Below, piece by piece: positions 56,442 through 64,000 of a stretch of DNA of 64,000 bases. Under the pieces are notes generated by a model, which did no database searches, was not told the DNA's origin, and worked only from the letters and a program-made list of their open reading frames with translations. The position numbers were made by a program, and so were the translations under genes. This stretch comes from Perkinsela sp. CCAP 1560/9 (taxonomy: Eukaryota > Protista > Euglenozoa: Kinetoplastea): positions 682,001 through 746,000 of the forward strand of contig CBFFSA010000001.1 in the NCBI GenBank assembly GCA_965644495.1, in the 5' to 3' direction. Within the stretch, counting starts at the first letter, position 1. Each line of letters begins with the position of its first letter.

Positions 56442-56672
56442 CTATGTGCGCGAAGGCTCTAGACCAAGAACGGATCGTCTCCATGCTTCTCGCTTGATAT
56501 CTCGAGTTATGGACTGGTGTCTTTTTCTTTTTGTGTACTCTTCATTCCACCATACCATATAAGCAATACTAAATGCTATGATGGAGCTAATGGGCACAAG
56601 ATAGTGGCCGATCGAGAAATACGGAGTGGATAGAGTACGACTTCGTTTTAAATTCCGGTGACATGAGCTCAT
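56442..56672 (-). CDS. Small single-TM protein, PET117-like cytochrome c oxidase assembly factor
   Basis: ATG start, TM segment LVPISSIIAFSIAYMVWW, then KRHQSITRDIKRE resembling the PET117 HxGxxxDxxR motif. Confidence 0.5.
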   Translation of the reverse strand: MSSCHRNLKRSRTLSTPYFSIGHYLVPISSIIAFSIAYMVWWNEEYTKRKRHQSITRDIKREAWRRSVLGLEPSRT

Positions 56673-56951
56673 GCGACACGAAATTCGATGAATATCAAGA
56701 GTGTGTGCTCAGACTTTCAAGCTTCATTTACATGTACTGTAGTTTTGAATCAAAGTTGATTATAGTTGTTTTGGGTGTTTCGGAGGCATAAATAATGTTA
56801 AAAGAAATAAAACCGTATACGTCATCTGTTCGGTTAGTTTTTGGGATGTACAGAACTAAGCATAGATGCCTTAAAAAAGTCAAAACGAAAGTCTGATACG
56901 CCTTTTCATAAAGTACTCTTGCTATATAAATATCGAAACCCCAGCTTTTTC

Positions 56952-59900
56952 CTATATTCTTTCTGAACGCGTATTCAGATGTGGTGACAGCGGCGAGACC
57001 GGAGGAAATCCCACAAGCGCACATGCGGAGCATCGACAGTGCTTGTAATGTAATCGAGGTGAACTCCGAGGGGTCCCTCCGTGGTACGCAGGTCTTGAAG
57101 TACTTCGCCTCACTGAGTTACTCCGTGGCAAATGTGTCATCGATAAGGGAAGCGATTCTGAACCCGTTGGGCTGTAAGCACGAGGGGAGTCGTCCCTATA
57201 TCCCGCACGAGTATTCAAATTCCGCGGAGCAGAGGAAATATTCGATGGTCTACTCTGGTAGCGTACACTGGGAGAATGCGAACGACTTCCCACGCTGCTG
57301 GAGGCAGAGGACATGTAGCGGTCGGTACTGGGTCGATGTTTAGTGCTCTCGGTTGCATCTTGTAGGTAAGGTTTCAGGCTCCGTCGAGAGTTCGATCTAC
57401 GGGGGGAACAGGCTAAGGATTTTAAAAAGGATTCAAAGCCACCACCCCGGAGGATGTCGACAGGCGTGTCTGAGGCTGGGTTCAAGTCTACGATTCCTTT
57501 TGCGTGAAGCACTCGGGCAACAGTCTCGCACCGAGCCTTCCATAAGTTCAATTGAGACTGGATGGCGTGGGATTCGAACTCCTTCGTAGTCAACATGTCA
57601 CGACAGGCCAGTATCTCTTGCTGAAGTGAGTCTTCACGTTTTTTACAGCGCTCCTTCAGATTTTCTACTTCATTTTCACGGAGGCTGCGAAAAGAGGTAT
57701 GATCTTCAAGTATCTTTTGGATCGATTTTTCTAACGTAGCAGCGTGTTTTATGGTTTTATCCAATTTTGAAAAAGCTCCTTCCTTTATGTCAAGCATGGC
57801 AGCAAACACGGCACTAACACGTTCACCGGACTCCGTTAAGAGAAGTTCGTGAATGGTTTCCTTTTCATGCCGCCTAAAAGAACCAACTTCAAATTGTTTT
57901 TCTAGGGTGCCACTTACTAGATTCCATCTTTCGCCCGATAAGTCGACTATAGACTCCTGCAAGGCGGCAAAGTTGTTCAAAGCACTTGTCATATCAGTTT
58001 GAGCTACTCTGAAACTGGATGCCTCTCTAAGTTGTATTTCGTACTGACTCGTCAGTTGTGCCGCATGAGCACGCATTATCTCTGTAAAGGTAGAAAACGC
58101 GGTAATCATGATCAGAGCTCGTCTACTAGGTTCCACTGTAGAGAGTAGGTGATTGCTATACAAGAACCATTGCAATTCAGTACTATGCACACTAAAATAC
58201 GTCTGAGCCACATTTAGTTGGTGGGATATCAGTATATTTCTCGCCTCTTCCTCACTAAATTGTAATCTCACCAGTTCGTTCATCTCTGTAGATAAAGAAA
58301 GTTCATCTTGAAATCGAACAGTTGCGTTCATTGCAATATCCAACTCATCGCGAACCTCCGCTATTTCAAGTAAAAGATTGTTGCGTGATGCGTCCCGATC
58401 CTTTTTTACTTCATCTACAGAGATCGAATGGAGCCGCTGTGTCCCCTCCAGTAAAAAATCGAAATTTGAAGCGTGCATTATCGATTGAAGTTGTTGACGT
58501 TCCTGGGATTCTTGAAACCCTAAGTTCAGGTATGCAAGACTTTGTTTTAGATCGCAGATTTCCGATTTGTGATGATCTGTTACTTTCTTGCATTCCTCTA
58601 GAAGAGACAGAGATGGGATGTGACCAATATTTTTCAACAAACCAATTTCCTGTGAAGCTTCGTGGCTCTCTTCCGTGGCTAAGAATGATGCTGAAATGCA
58701 AGATAATTCACGTTTGGCAAGTATTTCTCGGAAAGTCTGGGAAATTGAAGAAAACCACTTATCTTCCATACGTTCAAGATTTCTACGACTCTCCTGTTCA
58801 TATTCTAATGTTAGAATGATTTCCTTGTAGTGAGCTTCAAGACAACTGCGCAATTGTGTTGTTATGGGTGACATACTGATGAATGTGTGGTGCTGATCAG
58901 TTAACTGAGCTCGAGGTGGAGACTCTATAGAATTTGTGTCAGTTGGTACATTAAAGGGCTCCGCGCCTCCCAAAGGAAGACTCCATCGCATATTATCACC
59001 TTCAAAAGTGGTTTCAAGCCTCAGTTCCTCAGACTGAGTTTCTTGATGTAGATTTCCTCCTTTGGCATACTCCGGAGGAAAACTATACACAGAGTCTGTA
59101 GACACATAAGTAAGTGAAGTGTCGATGGATAGATCTGACACCACAGACGTCGGAGGCTCCGAGGGAAGATTAGTGTGGATTAATTCACCCCGTATACTGT
59201 CTATTGCGTGGCTCATACGTTCTCTTAGTAAACCGAACCAATGATCGTCATTCGGGGCACGCTGTGCAGTATGCGAATGTTCGCCACGCTCCCGTAACGA
59301 TTGAAGTTCCAACGTAACCTTTTGCACTTCTATCTGTTTCTCCGATAGCTCGCTTTGGAGCTCATCAACCGTATATTTTGCTGCCTCTAACTCACTCTCC
59401 GTCGCTTCCAGCTGTCGCCACAGCTTCCCATATCTCTCATGCAACTCCTCATAGGACCTTCTGTGGTCCATTGTAGAGGCTTGCACAGTTCGCGCCCGAT
59501 CCTGCAGGACCCGGACCTCATGCTCGTGTACCGCTTTGAGGTTTGAGATTTGCTGTTCCAGTTTTTCCTCATATTGCAGTCGCAGAGATCTTCGTCGGGC
59601 TTGGTCTGCTGCGCTGTGTCGCTGTATGACCACTTTCCTAGCTACTGTGGCGAAATGTAACGTGCATCGGGTCTCGTCCTCATCCAGCACCTCCGGGGAA
59701 ACACAACACAAGAGCACGAATAAGGAATTTGACAAGGCGTCACGTAGAAAGTAAGTGAGCGCTGACTCACGATAGGGAACCATCGCTTGTCGCTGTGCCA
59801 TACACTCCAGACATTTGGCTAAACAGCTCAGGGATTTGTTGATATTACAGCCCTCATCGAAGGTGTTGCCCGCGGAGAGGGTACGGTAGAGACGTTCGCT

Positions 59901-60587
59901 GCCGGCGAGATCTACAATGTATAATTTTGGATAAAGTAGTTGGCCTTCTTCGGTTTGCAGCTCCACATGGAGAATGAAAACCGTGTGTGAACGACTGCTA
60001 CGTCGGTTTAAGGCGTGCTCGGATAATTTTCTGTGTTTTCGTGCTTGCAGCAGTAAGTGGTGTACTTTGTGAGCCGACATGGACTCCGGTATCGGAAATG
60101 CGGTTGTGTCCGAGGCTCGAGATTTTGCAATGGAGCGATTTTCGTTTAACAAATCATAAATCCCATCCATGTAAATTTGTACGTAGGATATGGCGATGAC
60201 CTTAGCACTACTGAGTAGTCCGTCTTGCATCTCTCCGAAAACGGTGGGAAGAAGCTCCTCGAGGTACGCGTCTACCGTATATGTCTTACCACTCCCTGTT
60301 TGCCCATACACGCAGAACACGCCATGGTAGCCTTGTAAAAGATTCTCTCGAAGCATAGGCCACGAGTGCAGAAATACTTCAGAAGAAGGAGAGCCAGCGT
60401 TAAAGATTCGGTCGAAGAGGTATTTGCTCTCTGACTTCGTGCTGTGTGCGGATGACATCATGGGTATTTCCTTTACAATGCGTAACTTTGTGTGCGTAGC
60501 GTCAATGTCAAGTGGTATGGTCGGCTCATCCGGGGCCAATAGTGGAGGTCGTACGCGAATGCACGTATACACTCGAGCGCTAGCCAT
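56952..60587 (-). CDS. Kinesin motor protein with long coiled coil
   Basis: IRVRP, YGQTGSGKTYT, NRRSSRSH, VDLAGSER, INKSL, VPYRES; EExxRxxL coiled-coil repeats. Confidence 0.95.
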   Translation of the reverse strand: MASARVYTCIRVRPPLLAPDEPTIPLDIDATHTKLRIVKEIPMMSSAHSTKSESKYLFDRIFNAGSPSSEVFLHSWPMLRENLLQGYHGVFCVYGQTGSGKTYTVDAYLEELLPTVFGEMQDGLLSSAKVIAISYVQIYMDGIYDLLNENRSIAKSRASDTTAFPIPESMSAHKVHHLLLQARKHRKLSEHALNRRSSRSHTVFILHVELQTEEGQLLYPKLYIVDLAGSERLYRTLSAGNTFDEGCNINKSLSCLAKCLECMAQRQAMVPYRESALTYFLRDALSNSLFVLLCCVSPEVLDEDETRCTLHFATVARKVVIQRHSAADQARRRSLRLQYEEKLEQQISNLKAVHEHEVRVLQDRARTVQASTMDHRRSYEELHERYGKLWRQLEATESELEAAKYTVDELQSELSEKQIEVQKVTLELQSLRERGEHSHTAQRAPNDDHWFGLLRERMSHAIDSIRGELIHTNLPSEPPTSVVSDLSIDTSLTYVSTDSVYSFPPEYAKGGNLHQETQSEELRLETTFEGDNMRWSLPLGGAEPFNVPTDTNSIESPPRAQLTDQHHTFISMSPITTQLRSCLEAHYKEIILTLEYEQESRRNLERMEDKWFSSISQTFREILAKRELSCISASFLATEESHEASQEIGLLKNIGHIPSLSLLEECKKVTDHHKSEICDLKQSLAYLNLGFQESQERQQLQSIMHASNFDFLLEGTQRLHSISVDEVKKDRDASRNNLLLEIAEVRDELDIAMNATVRFQDELSLSTEMNELVRLQFSEEEARNILISHQLNVAQTYFSVHSTELQWFLYSNHLLSTVEPSRRALIMITAFSTFTEIMRAHAAQLTSQYEIQLREASSFRVAQTDMTSALNNFAALQESIVDLSGERWNLVSGTLEKQFEVGSFRRHEKETIHELLLTESGERVSAVFAAMLDIKEGAFSKLDKTIKHAATLEKSIQKILEDHTSFRSLRENEVENLKERCKKREDSLQQEILACRDMLTTKEFESHAIQSQLNLWKARCETVARVLHAKGIVDLNPASDTPVDILRGGGFESFLKSLACSPRRSNSRRSLKPYLQDATESTKHRPSTDRYMSSASSSVGSRSHSPSVRYQSRPSNISSAPRNLNTRAGYRDDSPRAYSPTGSESLPLSMTHLPRSNSVRRSTSRPAYHGGTPRSSPRLHYKHCRCSACALVGFPPVSPLSPHLNTRSERI

Positions 60588-60939
60588 TTAGGGTGTTGCT
60601 TATTATATTTGATACCTATTACACTACGTTGTTAAAGGGATTCGATATTGTAGAAAAATTAGAAACGAACTCATTTTCCCACGATTACGATGAAACATGT
60701 ATTCACTTAAAAATGTTTTAAAATTAGTACTAGAAGTCAGTAGTAGTATTTCAAATCACAAGTATCATTATTTGACGCACAAGACATGATTTCAAAATCA
60801 GAATAACGTCGTACGAAGGTTTTTTTAATTAGCTATATTGTTAATGTGTTTCGAGCGGAGCGCTTCATGAAAGGAACGTTCTTGTTAGTAGACGACGAAA
60901 ATGAAGTACCTTAAGCTTCTATACGTTATTCTGTACGTG

Positions 60940-63468
60940 TCACTTACTGATCGTTATGGCGTCATTCTTCGCAAAAGTACATGCGATCTCGCTTAATTTA
61001 TGTTGCATTTCATCAATACCATAGCAGCCATGACGGACATTATCACGTGTTCGCACATTCACCGTACGATTCGCCTCTTCTTGTGCCCCAACGACAAAGA
61101 TAAAATTATACTGCGCCATTTGTCCGTTTCGTATCTTCTTTTCCATCTTTATCTCGCTGAGGTCCACATCGGCATGGAACTCCGCATGGAAGATGTCCTT
61201 TATCTCCTGCGCGTACGTATAGGTCGCATTGGACACCGGAACCACTAAAATTTGACGTGGGCTAATCCAAAAGGGCCATTTGCCGCGATAGTGTTCGGCA
61301 AGAATTGCCACACAACGTTCCAGGGAGCCGAATATGGCGCGATGAATCATGACGGGGCGTTTGTGTGACGCATCCAGTGGACGTTCCAATGAATGAGACT
61401 CCTTAACCTCTTCCTTTGTCTCTTTCGTCTCCTCTACTACTCTCGTTTCATTAGCTGGGTTTGTGGGTGTACTCATATCGGAGTTTGCCGTTTGACCTCC
61501 CTCGCCGTTTTCGTTTGAAACCACAGTATTTGGAGAGGCACACACGTAGGTAAGGTTAAAGCGCAGCGGGAGTTGAAAGTCTAACTGCAGCGTGCCCAAT
61601 TGATGTTTACGCCCCAGGGCATCGGTCACGCATAAATCAATTTTAGGACCGTAAAAGGCACCATCCTCGGGGTGGAGTTCCCATGTGCGCACGACTGCTG
61701 ACGTCTGTCGGTGGGCGACCAGCTTTCGTAGCTTTCGGTGGGCGTCGGGGGTGCCATCGTATTGAAATTGTGCCCCCGACGAGTTTGGATCTGGCAGTGT
61801 CTCGGGAATCCCGCAAAACTCGTTGAGCGCTTTTCGCAAGTGGTCTTCGCTGCGATTCCACGCCTCCACCTCACCAAGGTAGAGTTTCGGTCGTGTGGCT
61901 AAGGCCAAGGAAAATGTGAACCCCAGGATTTCGTACACGTCGCGAAGAAACGTCAGTGCGGCCCGTATTTCTTTCCCAAGTTGGCCTTCGGTACAAAAGA
62001 TATGGGCGTCATCCTGCTGGAACCGTCGCACGCGGGTAAGACCGGAGAGCGCCCCGCTGATTTCATTGCGATGCAACACCCCAAAATCGGCCAAACGCAT
62101 CGGAAGCTCACGATAGCTACGAGGACGCATTTTATACAATAGGCAGTGTCCGGGACAGTTCATCGGTTTCAGGGCATACGCCGCGGATTCGTTCTCGGAA
62201 GCTGCTTTGCACCCGTCATTGCAGAAAAATAAATTCTCTTTGTACTTGTCATAGTGCCCGCTGATTTGCCATAATTTTGTGTGGTACATGTTTGGGGTAA
62301 TCACCTCTTCAAACCCACGGCGTCGGTACTGTTTGCGCATAAAATCGACGAGAGCAAGGTAGATGCGTGCGCCGTAGGGGTGCCAAAAGGTGGAACCTGG
62401 GCTGAGGTCGGAGTTCCAGTTCCATAGTTCTTGCTTCTTTCCCAGCACGCGGTGGTCGTATAACGCGGCATCAGCGACCCGTGCCTTCCATTCCTTCATA
62501 AGGGACTCTTTCGGAAATGACATGGCATAGACACGCTGCAGGGAAGCGTTCTCGACGTTGCCCTGGAAATAACTAGAGCTGTTTTTGGTGACACAGAACG
62601 AACGAACGCGGCCAGTGTGAGGTAGATGGGGTCCTCGACACGGGTCAATAAGATTTCCACAACGATACACCACGCAGTGAGCACCGTCTTGTACTTTACT
62701 TGAGAGAATGGTACTTTTGAAGGGGTTGTAACCAAACATTGCGATGGCGTTTTCCTTTGTAAGCACGAGGCGCTGAAAAGGGTGCGTCCCTTGAACGATC
62801 GCACGTACCGACTTTTCCAGACTGGGATAGTCCTGGTCCGTAATGGGTCGTTTCACGTCGCCTTCGTAAAAGAATCCGCCCTCGGCAAGCGGTGGGCCTA
62901 CGCTTAGCTTACACTCAAGCACTTGTTCCAATGCATAGCCCAGAACGTGGGCAGAACTGTGCCAAAACACGTACTGTGCCTCACTCCCGGATTCCCAGTC
63001 CAGAAGTTCCACCGTGCAGTCCCGCTCCAGCGGACGGGTGAGGTCCCATACAGCGTCGTCGACTTTGGCAACAATAAAATTCTCGGTCGCCTTTTTAAGG
63101 GCGCTACGAGGCACACGGTCTTTGTAATACTCCAACAAATCGAATGGGGTGGTGCAATAGGCAGTCCCAGTTAACTGTACTACATGAGGCATGTCCTGTT
63201 CAGACTCATTGCCTGTTTCTGTGAACGATACGCCAACCAATTCAACCGTAATGGGACGTTCTTTCTGCTTGTATTCGAGTTCTTGCTTGGCAAACAACGT
63301 TTCGAAAAGTTCCAGTCGTGGAGACCAAAAGGTGGGGCCTTTGGATGAATCCATTGTTTTGGTGTGGATATTCGTGTTTTCATGCTGCTCACGGGTTTCA
63401 ACATCGTCTTTGTGATCAACTTTTATCTTATTCATGGCTTCGGTTACTTTGTCTGAGTTTGGTGGCAT
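60940..63468 (-). CDS. TARS: Threonyl-tRNA synthetase
   Basis: TGS (VWDLTRPLE), editing WHSSAH and DPCRGPH, KPMNCPGH, RFQQDDAH, FYGPKID, HRAIFGSLER; first ATG at 63468, frame open upstream to 63615. Confidence 0.97.
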   Translation of the reverse strand: MPPNSDKVTEAMNKIKVDHKDDVETREQHENTNIHTKTMDSSKGPTFWSPRLELFETLFAKQELEYKQKERPITVELVGVSFTETGNESEQDMPHVVQLTGTAYCTTPFDLLEYYKDRVPRSALKKATENFIVAKVDDAVWDLTRPLERDCTVELLDWESGSEAQYVFWHSSAHVLGYALEQVLECKLSVGPPLAEGGFFYEGDVKRPITDQDYPSLEKSVRAIVQGTHPFQRLVLTKENAIAMFGYNPFKSTILSSKVQDGAHCVVYRCGNLIDPCRGPHLPHTGRVRSFCVTKNSSSYFQGNVENASLQRVYAMSFPKESLMKEWKARVADAALYDHRVLGKKQELWNWNSDLSPGSTFWHPYGARIYLALVDFMRKQYRRRGFEEVITPNMYHTKLWQISGHYDKYKENLFFCNDGCKAASENESAAYALKPMNCPGHCLLYKMRPRSYRELPMRLADFGVLHRNEISGALSGLTRVRRFQQDDAHIFCTEGQLGKEIRAALTFLRDVYEILGFTFSLALATRPKLYLGEVEAWNRSEDHLRKALNEFCGIPETLPDPNSSGAQFQYDGTPDAHRKLRKLVAHRQTSAVVRTWELHPEDGAFYGPKIDLCVTDALGRKHQLGTLQLDFQLPLRFNLTYVCASPNTVVSNENGEGGQTANSDMSTPTNPANETRVVEETKETKEEVKESHSLERPLDASHKRPVMIHRAIFGSLERCVAILAEHYRGKWPFWISPRQILVVPVSNATYTYAQEIKDIFHAEFHADVDLSEIKMEKKIRNGQMAQYNFIFVVGAQEEANRTVNVRTRDNVRHGCYGIDEMQHKLSEIACTFAKNDAITISK

Positions 63469-63746
63469 CAACTCTTTGACAGGGTGTAGCAGAGGGCGTG
63501 ATAAAAAGCGCCAAAGTTGGCGTCTCGTTGTTGAGAGAATATTTAAAAAGTTTCTTCGTGTTAATAAACAACAATTACGCAAAACACACCTTATGACGCT
63601 TTTACATCTTTTGGCTTATCGCACAGCTTATTTTTGTACAAGAAGCCGCTTCCTTGACTCGAAACCCTCTTGTGTGCTTCGCATAGAATACCTTTTGCAA
63701 AAAAAAAGGAAAATGGATTTAATACTATACATGCCCCAAAGCATTT

Positions 63747-63998
63747 CTATCTATCATTAAAAAGGGAAAGTAATTCTGAATATTCCACACGGGGAAGCTG
63801 AACACTCCCCTTGATCTCCCTCCCTTTCTTCCACTCTACTCCCACACCAAACTCAAAAAAGGTCGAAACCGAAGTTCGCCCCACGAGGGTGTTTTCGCAT
63901 AGTTTACCCTCGCATTCGATGCACCACTCCCGGTAGTGCACTCCTTTCCTCCGATCACCACACCAAAGGTACATGTACCCTGCGGGGAGCGTTCCCAC
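63747..63998 (-). CDS. Possible C-terminal end of a gene continuing beyond the window
   Basis: Open frame reaching the window edge on the coding strand; no motif. Confidence 0.3.
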   Translation of the reverse strand: MGTLPAGYMYLWCGDRRKGVHYREWCIECEGKLCENTLVGRTSVSTFFEFGVGVEWKKGREIKGSVQLPRVEYSELLSLFNDR

Positions 63999-64000
63999 AT

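Noticed and set aside
5085-63760. Numerous plus-strand ORFs overlapping host genes
   Set aside because: Antisense shadows of GC-rich coding sequence with no motifs

Overview
Eukaryotic (not prokaryotic) DNA with the hallmarks of a kinetoplastid: about 19 intron-less housekeeping genes all lie head-to-tail on the minus strand, as in a polycistronic transcription unit. They are an LRR protein, RPA1 lacking the 70N domain, MSH4, otubain, a mitochondrial DEAD-box helicase, a DUF2071-like protein, a START protein, a NIF phosphatase, dCMP deaminase, ABCG, a helical-repeat protein, a RING-H2 protein, CCT3, a SpoU methyltransferase, an RWD-EEP-2H-primase fusion, a PET117-like protein, kinesin and ThrRS. 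A spliced-leader-like core sequence is also present. The LRR family style suggests a Perkinsela-like prokinetoplastid (inference). Four islands (about 1-2.9, 10.7-14.5, 24.1-36.0 and 38.5-47.2 kb; roughly 40% of the window) are packed with decayed, nested DNA transposons: several Tc1-like families, pogo-like elements, a Merlin/IS1595 transposase, many TA-flanked MITEs and a hairpin-ended repeat family. Most notable are: (1) a 546-bp structured insert headed by a spliced-leader-like sequence that splits an LRR gene; (2) a four-module nucleic-acid end-processing/primase fusion protein; (3) two genes whose apparent mitochondrial presequences begin at in-frame ATA rather than ATG; (4) an RPA1 with an N-terminal CCHC zinc knuckle. 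All calls are by eye from motifs, with no database searches.
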